Origin: Octopus sinensis
Taxonomy: Eukaryota
Direction: 5' to 3'
DNA: 64,000 bases
Assembly: GCF_006345805.1 (NCBI RefSeq)
Contig: NC_043001.1
Location: 125,240,001 to 125,304,000, forward strand
Positions within the stretch are counted from its first letter, which is position 1, and each line of letters opens with the position of its first letter. Positions 12,390-23,659 of the stretch are shown piece after piece. The notes under the pieces were generated by a model. It was not told where the DNA came from. It saw only the letters and a program-made list of their open reading frames with translations, and did not search any database. The position numbers and the translations under genes are program-made.

Positions 12390-12420
<31 letters not shown>

Positions 12421-12583
12421 CATATATACGACAGGCTTCTTTCAGTTTCCGTCTACCAAATCCACTCACAAGGCTTTGGTCGGCCCGGGGATATAGCAGA
12501 AGACACTTGCCCAAGATGCCACGCAGTGGGACTGAACCCGGAACCATGTGGTTGGTTAGCAAGCTACTTACCACACAGCCACT
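12178..12583 (-). mobile_element. SINE family B
   Basis: Full length; inverted relative to 12964-13380. Confidence 0.9.
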
Positions 12584-12963
12584 TTAAAATTTTGGCACAA
12601 GGTCAGCAAGTTTGAGGAAAGAGGGTAGTCAATTACATTGACTCAGCATTCAACAGGTACTTATTTCATCAACCCTGAAAGGCTGAAAGGCAAAATCGAC
12701 CTTGGCTGAATTTGAACTCAGAATGTAACACCAGAAGAAATGCCACTAAATAATTTGCCCAGTTGCTAATGATTCTGCCAGCCTGCTGCCTTAATACACA
12801 CACATTCTTTTCTACTCTAGGCACAAGACTCAAAATTTGGGGGGAGAGGGCCAGTCGATTAGATCGACCCCAGTATGCAACTGGTACTTAATTTATCAAC
12901 CCCAAAAGGATGAACAGTAAAGCTGACCTTGGCAAAATTTGAGCTCAGAACATAAAGACAGAC

Positions 12964-13380
12964 AGGAGTGGCTGTGTGGTAAGTAGCTTGCTAACCAACC
13001 ACATGGTTCCGGGTTCAGTCCCACTATGTGGCATCTTGGGCAAGTGTCTTCTGCTATAGCCTCGGGCCGACCAATGCCTTGTGAGTGGATTTGGTAGACG
13101 GAAACTGAAAGAAGCCTGTCGTATATATGTATATACATATTAATATATATGTATGTGTGTGAATATGTTTGTGTGTCTGTGTTTATCCCTCTAGCATCGC
13201 TTGACAACCGATGCTGGTGTGTTTACGTCCCCGTCACTTAGCGGTTCGGCAAAAGACACCGATAGAATAAGTACTAGGCTTACAAAAAACAAGTCCTGGG
13301 GTCGATCTGCTCGACTAAAGGCGGTGCTCCAGCATGGCCACAGTCAAATGACTGAAACAACTAAAAGAGTAAAAGAGTAA
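12964..13380 (+). mobile_element. SINE family B
   Basis: Full length. Confidence 0.9.
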
Positions 13381-13555
13381 GTATTTCGCCCAGCATGTTA
13401 ACGTTTCTGCCAGATCGCACCTTTACACACATGTATATTACTACTGCATTTGTTACGTGTGGAAGTGCAAGTGTGCATGTACATGTGAGTAGTCAGTCCA
13501 TTATCAATGCATTTTTATCAATCTATCACTGTTTTCTACCTTGTTTTTAATCCAG

Positions 13556-13714
13556 TGCATCCTTTCTACACGAACTGACTACTTCAAAGTTCTCCTGACA
13601 GACCATTTCAATGAAAGTGAGAACTCTGAAGGGATTCCTTTTCTCAGTTTACATGAAGTCAGTGCTTTAGTCTTCCGACAAATTATGTATTTCATCTATA
13701 CAGACAGCTGTGAG
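13556..13714 (+). CDS. ABTB1: ABTB1 coding exon (second BTB core), phase 0-0
   Basis: Flanked by tccag and gtatgt; 159 nt. Encodes CILSTRTDYFKVLLTDHFNESENSEGIPFLSLHEVSALVFRQIMYFIYTDSCE, resembling human GRSDYFRALLDDHFRESE...FTHVLYYMYSD. Confidence 0.93.
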
Positions 13715-14360
13715 GTATGTATTTAACTGACACACGATATCTGTTTGTCTGTCTGTCTATCCACCTGTCGGTCTGTCTCAAACCCACCCACCTACCTACA
13801 TATCTACCTACCTGCCTATGTACCTACCTACCTACCTACTTACATGCAAACATTCATACATATTTATGAAAATCAAATAATACTATCAATAATAAATCTC
13901 CGAGCGAGTTATAAACAGTAGCTACAACACATCGTGACGTATATTTACCATAGGATGGCTTCCCTTTGCAAATACTGATAGGGCACAGAAAGTGTGTTTA
14001 TAGCCAGCTGGAGGCGGTGGCCTCCTGGGGCTACAAACTACAGTAGCATCCACCCTTAGAGGGTTAACCATATTTCAATGGCAAATATATGTCACAAAAT
14101 AATACTAATTTTCCTCTTACCGTTATTTTCATCTAGTATCACTTTTTTATTGTTTCAGTATTTACTGACATTACTTCTGCTGGTCATTTTTAGGCTTAAC
14201 AACCATATACATGGTCATATATACATGCGTGTGTATATACATACAAACAAATGAACAAAATTCCACATTGTGATAGAAAATGTTGGATATACTATACCAG
14301 GGTGGAAGATATCACCTGCATCTTCAGCAGTGGCTCCAAAATAATAATAATAATAATAAT

Positions 14361-14917
14361 AAATGCCCTGATGCAGTACCAGGCAGTGGCTCTCATGGCT
14401 TCTGATCTTAACTGATTGGAAGTGTTATTATGTACATTGATTTGTCTTGGTATAAAAGATGGCTACAGCAAATATTCTGCTCAATACCACAGGTTTGCTT
14501 GTCAGTTGTTTGACCTTAACCAGTTGAGCATGTTCCTTAGTGGCTGACAATATGTGCATCTCTGATCATGAGCAGAAGTAGTTGGGGAGCATCATAGCCA
14601 TGTGTTGAGAGGGATTCTTTGGAGTTTGAATAAATCACCTCAGGAAACATGGGTGGTTCTTTCAACATCCTTAAACAACCCTTATTCAGGGACCTTTTGA
14701 GCGGGATGGGCTACTCAACCTGAAGAAAATTCTAACTGGGCCCCACCTGCAAGGTCATGTGCTGTTTGTCTTGATATGAGATCACCATGTTGCGCACATA
14801 TGGTTGTGATGCATGTGCCTAGTGTACCCTTATCAGACGGGTAGTCATGATGGGTATACTGGGCTTCGTATATTTTACCCCAGTGTCACTTTGATGGCAT
14901 GAACTGCTCTCTCGCTC
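14361..14917. mobile_element. About 557-bp non-coding interspersed element, copy 1, in (TAA)n
   Basis: Near-identical to 16565-17123 with the same two termini; (AAT)n on both sides. Confidence 0.8.
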
Positions 14918-14948
<31 letters not shown>

Positions 14949-15661
14949 TCTACTATAGTCACAAGGCCTAAAATTTGTGGGAAGGGGACTAGTTGATTGC
15001 ATTGGCCCCAGTGCTTGACTGGTACTTATTCTTATTGACTCAGAGAGCATGAAAGGCAAAAATCAACCTCGTCAGGATTTGAACTCAGAATGTAGAAATG
15101 GACGAAATTTCGCTAAGTATTTTTCCTGGCATGCTAACGATTCTGCCTTGATGATGATGATGTTGATGATGATGATAATAATAATTGCTTCAAATTTTGA
15201 CACAACGCCAACATTTTTAGGGGTGAGTTTAGCTGATATACTATTAATCCAAATACTTTAGTTTATCGACCCTGGCAGGGTGAAAGGCAAAGTTGACCAT
15301 GATGGCATTTGAACTCAGAATGTAAAGAGCTGCAACAAATGCTTAGTATTTTTGTCCAATACTCTAACAATTCTACTAATCTACCACTTTTAATAATAAT
15401 AATTATCCTTTCTGCTGTAATTTTGAGGGTGGGAGACAAGCTGATTATATTGACCCCCAGTATTTGACTGGTACTTATTTTCATTGACCCTGAAAGGATG
15501 AAAGGCAAAGTGGAATTTGAACTCAGAATGTAAAGACAGACAAAATGCTGCTAAAAGTTTTGCTTGGCTTGCTAATGATTCTGCCAACTCACAACCTTAA
15601 TAATAATAATAATAATAATAACAATAACAATAACAATAATAATGATAATAATAATAATAAT

Positions 15662-15950
15662 ATGGAGACCTGAGAATTGAGATCGCTAAGATGTGGCAGC
15701 TACTAGAGTTCGGAAGTTATCCCTATTGTCATCAGAGCATTGGGTTCAATACCACCCAATCTAAAAACTTTAGAAATATCCTACAATCTAGGTGTATTGT
15801 AAAAGTCGGCATTACTTGGAACTGCATGCATATTGTCTGTCTGAGGCCCTTGTTGTGACTTGATAAACAATATAAACCCCTGTTAGACACAATATCTTCA
15901 ATCAACAACCTCACAATATCGTATACTGTGCAACGTCTATAATAATCATA
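15662..15950 (+). mobile_element. R4/Dong-type LINE 3' fragment (degenerate)
   Basis: YGDLRIEIAKMW...IPIVI.ALGSIP...KSALLGTACIL across frameshifts; flanked by (TAA)n. Confidence 0.7.
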
Positions 15951-15977
15951 ATAGTAATAATAACAATAATAATAACA

Positions 15978-16528
15978 CTGGAAGCTATGCCAACATTATG
16001 GAATAACAACAGAAAAAAGATGGTATAAGCACACACCAGAAAAGGTCACAGAAAACGAGAAAGCAACCGTACTCTGGGATATGTCAATACACACAGATAG
16101 AGAAATTAAGGCCAACAGGCCAGATATAGTTGTCAGAGATCATGAGGTAAAAAGATGCTTTCTAATTGATGTATCAATACCAGCAGATGACAACGTGTCT
16201 CTAAAAGAAATGGAGAAACTCTCAAAATACAAAGACCTGGAAATAGAGGTAACCAGAATGTGGAATCTAAAAACAGAAACAATCCCTATCATAGTAGGCG
16301 CATTAGGTATGATAAAAAAATATTCAGACAAATACATAACAAAAACACAAGGACTTACAAACACATATAACATGCAGAAAATTGCACTACTGGGCACTGC
16401 ACACATCCTACGCAAAACACTTTCAATACAGTAACCATCAGAGTATCACAACAAATCACAGCACATACCCAAGGCACACAGAGCTGCGCTCGGTAGTGAA
16501 GTGAAAGTACGCTATAAAAATAAAACTA

Positions 16529-16530
<2 letters not shown>
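15978..16530 (+). mobile_element. R4/Dong-type LINE 3' end with restriction-like endonuclease
   Basis: LWD...TDREIKANRPDIVV..LIDVSIP.D.N...KEMEKLSKYKDL..EV.RMW (PD..D/ExK RLE motif); inserted in (TAA)n. Confidence 0.9.
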
Positions 16531-16564
<34 letters not shown>

Positions 16565-16568
<4 letters not shown>

Positions 16569-17123
16569 GCCCTGATGCAGTACCAGGCAGTGGCTCTCAG
16601 GGCTTCTGATCTTAACTGATTGGAAGTGTTATTTTGTACATTGTTTTGTCTTGGTATAATAGATGGGCTACAGCAAATATTCTGCTCAATACCACAGATT
16701 TGCTTGTCAGTTGTTTGACCATAACCAGTTGAGCATGTCCCTTAGTGGCTAATGATATGTGCATCTCTGATCACGAGCAGAAGTAGTGGGGGAGCATTAT
16801 AGCCATGTGTTGAGAGGGATTCTTTGGGGGTTTGAATAACTCACCTCTGGAAACATGGGTGGTTCTTTCAACATCCTTAAACAACCCTTACTCAGGGACC
16901 TTTTGAGCGGGATGGGCTACTCAACCTGAAGAAAATTCTAACTGGGCCCCACCTGCAAGGTCATGTGCTGTTTATCTTGATATGAGATCACCATGTTGCG
17001 CACATATGGTTGTGATGCATGTGCCTGGTGTATCCTTATCAGACGGGTAGTCATGATGGGTATATTGGGCTTCGTATATTTTACCCCAGTGTCACTTTCA
17101 TAGCATGAACTGCTCTCTCACCC
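16565..17123. mobile_element. About 557-bp non-coding interspersed element, copy 2, in (TAA)n
   Basis: Direct repeat of 14361-14917. Confidence 0.8.
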
Positions 17124-17166
17124 AATAATAATAATAACAGTTTCTTTTTTATTTTTCTGTTACTAG

Positions 17167-17367
17167 ATATCTGAATCCAATGTCTCTGATGTCCTCTACA
17201 CTGCTGATATCTATCTACTTCCTGGTTTAAAAAGACAGTGTGCAAATTTCATGTCCAAGAACTTAGAAGTTCAGCAGGTTGTATCAGTCTTAAGAATAGC
17301 ACGACTATTTAATCTGTATCGTTTACAAAATCAGTGTGCTGAATATATGGCTACCAACCTTGTGAAG
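17167..17367 (+). CDS. ABTB1: ABTB1 coding exon (BTB end / BACK-like helices), phase 0-0
   Basis: Flanked by tactag and gtaggt; 201 nt. Encodes ISESNVSDVLYTADIYLLPGLKRQCANFMSKNLEVQQVVSVLRIARLFNLYRLQNQCAEYMATNLVK, resembling human DVLSVADMYLLPGLKRLCG...AKLFRLARLEDQCTEYMA. Confidence 0.95.
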
Positions 17368-17847
17368 GTAGGTCACAAAACATCATGTGTCTGCATGCAT
17401 TCATGTTTGCATTGAAAACATAGCTGTTCATATATATTGTTGCCCCTCGTCATCATCATCATACAATATCTGTATTCCATGCTGGCAAAGGTTCGACACT
17501 TTGGCCAGATTCAGCTAGCTTAAGAGCTGCATTGGTTACCAGTGATGCTTTGACATGGTTTCTACAGCTCTATGCCCTTCTTTGGGTGAGTATTTCCTAA
17601 TATAGCTCCCACCGGCCAATGTCTTGTGGGTGAATTTGGTAAACAGAAACTGAATTAACACTTATATATGTGTGTGTGTAACGATAATTTCTTATTGGTA
17701 TTTTACAATATATATATATATATATATATCATTATCATCATCGTTTATATACATATATATATACATATATATATACATACATATATATATACATATATAT
17801 CTATACATACATATATATATATATACGAAAGCAATCACTTACCGTTA

Positions 17848-17915
17848 ATAGCGAACACTGTGTTTCTGGATCACAAACATAGAAAAAGTAGTTTGAATTC
17901 CGTCATCAGCGCTAT
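17848..17915 (-). ncRNA. Minimal type-I hammerhead ribozyme motif
   Basis: Minus strand reads AUAGCG-CUGAUGA-CGGA..CAAAC/GUUUG..UCCA-GAA-ACACAGUGU-U-CGCUAU; perfect 6-bp stem I. Confidence 0.75.
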
Positions 17916-18095
17916 ATATTCGATAGCTTTACCAAATGCCACCAGCCCTCACTTCTGACCCAGCGACATCAGATAGTGGGGGGAAGTGCGCAGATGTTAA
18001 AACTAAGTAACGACTGGGAACGTAAATTTTCCCTCCAAAATTCTGCCATGCGCGCCTTCTGGGTAATCGTAATGGGATGAGGAATCCACATGGTA

Positions 18096-18312
18096 ATGCA
18101 ATAAAAATGGTAAATAATTTTCCTGTGGTTTTTCATGTAACCAACAATTATTTACCAGTAAATTTCGGTATGTAAATACGACAAATTAATTGTCAGGACC
18201 TTTGTAAGGTCCTGACAATTAATTTGTCGTATTTACATACCGAAATTTACTGGTAAATAATTGTTGGTTACATGAAAAACCACAGGAAAATTATTTACCA
18301 TTTTTATTGCAT
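18096..18312. repeat. Perfect palindrome, 107-bp arms, 3-nt loop
   Basis: 18096-18202 is the exact reverse complement of 18206-18312. Confidence 0.95.
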
Positions 18313-18522
18313 GTATATATATATATAGATATATATACATACGTATATATATCTATATATTAATTGTTATCGCCATATTAATATGGCAATCTTATAGATA
18401 TAAGACTAAAAGCTGTCGCTGATTAGCTCCATGAGGCCATCGCCTTAAGATATGACACACAAACTGTGTCCATTAGAACCTTCAAACAAGGGAGGTCAGC
18501 CGCTTCACACTCTAGTCAGACA

Positions 18523-18565
18523 GCTACAGACGCGTTTCAGGGTATTTGCCCCTTGTCAATGTAGC
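18523..18565 (-). ncRNA. Minimal hammerhead ribozyme, U3-A8 core variant
   Basis: Minus strand reads GCUACA-UUGACAA-GGGG caaaua CCCU-GAA-ACGCGU-C-UGUAGC; 6-bp stem I, palindromic stem III, GUC triplet. Confidence 0.8.
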
Positions 18566-18802
18566 GTAGTTGACTCAGCAGGCGTCGCCACTGATCGTCT
18601 CTGTTCGAAGGTTCTATAAGATTGCCATATTAATATGGCGATAACAATTAATTTCCAGTAACGTTGTCGTAATCTCTTTTAAAGAGACTTAGTAATTTTA
18701 ATATTTCTATTATTGAAAACAAGTGGATGTATTCCACCGAAAATAGGTAAATAGAACCTTCGAACAGAGACGATCAGTGGCGACACCTGCTGAGTCGACT
18801 AC

Positions 18803-18845
18803 GCTACATTGACAAGGGGCAAATACCCTGAAACACGTCTGTAGC
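18803..18845 (+). ncRNA. Minimal hammerhead ribozyme, U3-A8 core variant (sense to ABTB1)
   Basis: GCTACA-TTGACAA-GGGG caaata CCCT-GAA-ACACGT-C-TGTAGC. Confidence 0.75.
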
Positions 18846-19181
18846 TGTCTGACTAGCAGTGTGAAGTGGCTGACCTCCCTTGTTCGAAGGTTCTAATGGA
18901 CACAGTTTGTATGTCATATAGCTATCTTAAGGCGATGGCCTCATGGAGCTAATCAGCGACAGCTTTTAGTCTTATATCTATAAGATTGCCATATTAATAT
19001 GGCGATAACAATTAATTTCCAGCAACGCTGTCGTAATCTCTTTTAGACAGACTTAGTAATTTTAATATTTCTATTATATCTATATATATATATACATACA
19101 TATACATACATACACATACATACACACACATATATATATATATATATAATATATATATATATATGTATGTATATATATATG

Positions 19182-19232
<51 letters not shown>

Positions 19233-19643
19233 AACTAAGGTTACAGAACAAACAAATGCAAGGTCATTCACATAACATTTCATATCTCGAACATTTAATC
19301 ATAGAATATACATTTATGACATCACGGAAGATGAAACATAACTCATCTGTACAAGCATATAAGAAAGTGCGAGAAAAATGTGTGAATACAGTTCATCACA
19401 GTTAATGTTAATACATTAGCGATTAAGAAATATATATTTTTTAAAAAACATTACAACACCTAGAAAATAAATACGTAAAAATATAGTATAAAGTAATATA
19501 TAAATATATAAAAAAGTGCTCCTTTTCAAACATGTTAAGAGAATATGATTGGCATAACAGTTATAATTGAAAAATAAATAAATCCATGTTATATACTACT
19601 ACAAATAATAATAATAATAATTTATCTCTCTATCAACTCTCAG

Positions 19644-19850
19644 GTCATACAACTGCCAGACTTTGCTGAATTGGTCCAGGAAGATGCACATAGTGTTAAG
19701 GAACGGCAAGAGACTGACAGTATTGAGATAATTGACAATGTTCGATACTACTTGACCAACTTCGTCCAAACTTTCAGTGACCTTCAGGAGACCAAGGAGA
19801 AGTTGGTGCTTATTGACCAACTTCTCGAGGAACTGGACCTCAACGGATGA
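19644..19850 (+). CDS. ABTB1: ABTB1 last coding exon with TGA stop
   Basis: Acceptor ctctcag. Encodes [68 protein letters not shown], containing the ABTB1 C-terminal RQETDSI..DD.R motif. Confidence 0.95.
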   Translation, partial: VIQLPDFAELVQEDAHSVKERQETDSIEIIDNVRYYLTNFVQTFSDLQETKEKLVLIDQLLEELDLNG

Positions 19851-19899
19851 AGATTTCTCTTCAAGGAACAGTATTCTGCATACCTACATGTGCACAGAC

Positions 19900-20068
19900 A
19901 TTCATAAATGTACACGTCCATACAAATACACACCTATATACTTACACATAGGTACATATGCATATGCAATTATATACATATATATATATATATATATATA
20001 CACATGTATATATACATATAGATGTATGTATATACATATAGATGTATGTATATACATATACATGTATG

Positions 20069-20124
<56 letters not shown>

Positions 20125-20538
20125 GTATATATACATATATATATATATATACATATAGATGTATGTATATACATATAGATGTATGTATATACATATACAT
20201 GTATGTATATACATATACATGTATGTATATACATATACATGTATGTATATACATACATATATATGCATGTATATATATATGCATGTATATACATATATAA
20301 ATACACACACATATGTATGTTTATATACATATATATATATGTATGTATATATACATACATATATATATATATACATGTGTGTATATATATGTATATATAT
20401 ATATATACACACATCTATCTATCTATATATATATATACACACACATTTATATATATAATATATATATATATACATATGTGTATATATATATGTATATATA
20501 TATACACACACGTATATTTATATATGTGTGTGTATATA

Positions 20539-20577
<39 letters not shown>

Positions 20578-20600
20578 ATAATATATACATGCATAGGAGT
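19900..20600. repeat. Compound (TA)/(TATACA)/(TG) microsatellite directly after the ABTB1 stop
   Basis: About 700 bp of low-complexity sequence; source of many spurious YIYI ORFs. Confidence 0.95.
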
Positions 20601-20743
20601 GGCTGTGTGGTAAGAAGCTTGCTTCCCAATCACATGGTTCTGGGTTCAGTCCCACTGTGTGGCACTTTAGGCAAGTGTCTTGGGCTGACTCAATCTTTGT
20701 GCATCAGTTTGGAAGATGAAAACTGAAATTAACCCATCATATC

Positions 20744-20790
<47 letters not shown>

Positions 20791-20923
20791 TTGTATGTCT
20801 GTGTTTGTCCCCCTACCATTGCTTCACAACCGATGTTACATCCCTGTAACTAAGTGGCTTAGCAGGCATTGCTCCAGCATGAGCACAGTGAAATGACTGA
20901 AACCGATAAATAGAAAAGACAGA

Positions 20924-20964
<41 letters not shown>

Positions 20965-21087
20965 TGTATATATATACACACACACATATATATACATATA
21001 TATTTGTATATATGTATATATATATACACACACACATATATATTTCTATACACACATACACACATATATATACACATCATCATCATC

Positions 21088-21410
21088 ATCGTGGCACTCT
21101 GTCGGTTGCAACGACGAGGTTTCGAGGTTATCTGATCAACGGAATATCCTACTCATGAGATTAACCTGCAAGTAGCTGAGCCCTCGCCGTACACGTGTAC
21201 CCTTAATGTAGTTCTTGGGGAGATTCAGCATGACACAGTGTGACAGGGCTGGCCCGTTGAAATACAAGTACAAAGAAACAGGAAGAAAGAGTGTAGCAGT
21301 GTTTGCCACCACCCCCTGCCAGAGCTTCGTAGAGCTTTAGGTGTTTTCGCTCAATAAACACTCACAACGCCCGGTCTGGAAATCAAAACCATGATCCTAT
21401 GACCACGAGT
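21088..21410 (-). mobile_element. SINE family C, diverged and 5'-truncated
   Basis: Colinear with 763-1122. Confidence 0.8.
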
Positions 21411-21427
21411 ATATATATATATATATA

Positions 21428-21463
<36 letters not shown>

Positions 21464-21606
21464 ACGGGAACGTTTACGAAAATAAACAAAAGACGAAGGC
21501 AGGTGGAGTACAAACAAACAAATGTATTAGTATAGCGCTCAGGAATAGAAATAGAAAAAGTATTTTATGTTTCAAGCCTACGCTCTTCGACAGAAGCTAA
21601 CGATCT

Positions 21607-21664
<58 letters not shown>

Positions 21665-22213
21665 AAAGTTCAGTTAAGGGTTAAAAACTCATTAAGGATA
21701 ATAAAATCCAATGAATATACTGGTTTATTACATATTACAAAATGTATTGTATATTACATTTAATATTCAACTGTAAGGTAATTGGATAAACCGGGCTTTA
21801 TATATTTTTTGAAGAAACTAAGAAAATAGAGACAATTAAATTAATAACTATTTATTAATTATGAAAATTTGATGTCCAGTTTTATAACTAACAAATAATT
21901 ATCAAATTAATTATCTCTAATTTCTTATTTTATATATATATAAAAATATAGACACACACACACACACACACATATGCACCAAGATCAGAACTTATCTGCA
22001 GCTCTTGGTGGTCCAGATCAGATATACAATCTATGTGGGTGTCTTTTCAATACAATGATGGTTCTAAGGTATATGTACAGGTGGTGGTCAAACTCTGCAT
22101 AAGGAATAGACAACCACCATATATATATATATATATACACATATACATAATGTGTGTATATATATGTATATAACAAAGTGGAGTTGTAAGGTACCACATG
22201 AGTGGAATTATAT

Positions 22214-22437
22214 ATGAAAGAAGGTTTGAAAATGCAATTTTAAAAGATGTTTATTTACCTTACCGGTTTCACTTTTTTAGAAAAAGATTGTCAAAAGTAA
22301 CATGTAAAAGCTTGGTTGTGTTAGTTGCTGGTTGTCACAAAATACTACAATACATATATACATTCTTTGATAACAAGAAGTGAAACCGGTAAAGTAAAAA
22401 TAACATCTTTTAAAATTGCATTTTCAAACCTTCTTTC

Positions 22438-22439
<2 letters not shown>
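22214..22439. mobile_element. Short fold-back element with about 60-bp terminal inverted repeats
   Basis: ATGAAAGAAGGTTTGAAAATGCAAT...ACCGGTTTCACTT and its mirror; flanked by (TA)n; same family as 60231-61458. Confidence 0.8.
22255..22300 (-). ncRNA. Minimal hammerhead ribozyme motif, U3-A8 variant
   Basis: Minus strand reads UUACUU-UUGACAA-UCUUUUU cu AAAAAAGU-GAA-ACCGGU-A-AGGUAA; 6-bp stem I, ACCGGU palindrome, GUA triplet. Confidence 0.65.
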
Positions 22440-22519
<80 letters not shown>

Positions 22520-22536
22520 GAGAGAGAGAGAGAGAG

Positions 22537-23368
22537 TTACGCCGTATGCAAGCCCAAGGCCTTTCGATGCCACCACAGAGGCCCTAACGCCGGGAACAGC
22601 CTACTTGCGACGGAACTTAGTAAACCGGAAAATCCACTATGGGAAGTGGGGGAAGGCAGCGAATGCAGCCAGGAACCAACAACAAAAGAAAGAAAGAAAG
22701 AATACACAGGGTTGCCTAAATCAAGCAATTTTTTTTTTTAACAAAAGCATTCAACAACAAAGGTTAACAAACATAATACAGAATTCGAAAAACAAATCAT
22801 TTACATTTAACACAATACAGAATTCGATTCCTCCAAAACAAATCATTTAACATTTGACACATTACAGAGTTGGGTTTTTTTTCTTCTTTTAACACAATTA
22901 ACAGTCTCTTAAAGTTCCACTTTTCTCTTCTTTCTTTTCTTTTCTCTCTCTTCTTCTAACACAGAGAGTTCCTTCTCAAAGATTCCTTTTCTTTTCTTTT
23001 CAACAGTCTTTTTCTCTCTTTTTTTTTTTTGACATTTGACAACACAACATTTCTCTTTTTTTTTTTACATTTAAACATCAGAGTTCAAAACATACAGAAA
23101 AACAACAATTACCAGTACATTTTTTTTCTTAAATTTGCATCTGCAACATCCTCTTAAGTTCCACGCCTCCCACTACACAACTTGCTTGGTTGCTCTCACT
23201 GACTGTCTCTCGTCCCCGTCATCTCCAACTACACCTGTCTGTCTCTGGCCGTCATCTCTCCAACTGAACGCCTTGTCCGGTCCTCCGCTGACTGACTTGG
23301 CAACTTAACGCTACCCGTATATATAACGTCGTCCCGCTAGAAAGAGAGACATATTGTACGACAACAGT
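22537..23368 (-). mobile_element. Possible solo LTR
   Basis: Ends GTTACG...CGACAACA; TATA-like TTATATATAC on the minus strand; no coding signal. Confidence 0.3.
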
Positions 23369-23570
23369 GTGTATTTCACTTGTCTTCTTTAAACTTTCTG
23401 TGACTGTATGGGCCAGAGTTCATGTGCCTATGGTCATTAATAACCGTGCTCCTTGACAGGACAAAGGAAATACCACTCCTGAACAACTGGAGCGCCAGTT
23501 CGATTCCAACTAATGGAACAAGGAGCATAATGTTTTTTTTTTGTTCGTCTACATTTTCCTGCGCCCGTGA

Positions 23571-23619
<49 letters not shown>

Positions 23620-23659
23620 CATATAATTGGCCCTTTTCGTCTATGCAGACGGTCAATTT

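Larger units (their letters stand above)
18360..19078. mobile_element. Inverted plus tandem pseudo-LTR-like unit (PLE-derived) in the last ABTB1 intron
   Basis: 18360-18616 is the reverse complement of part of 18750-19078; a short extra tail copy at 18616-18712; each long copy holds a hammerhead. Confidence 0.7.

Noticed and set aside
19902-20726. Many 100-170 aa ORFs rich in Y/I/M/C/H (also at 53838-54276 and 62157-62906)
   Set aside because: They are translations of TA/TG/CATG microsatellites, which lack stop codons in several frames.
21995-22075. Possible small exon (ctgcag ... aaggtatat)
   Set aside because: Weak splice sites and no recognisable peptide; more likely ABTB1 3' flank.
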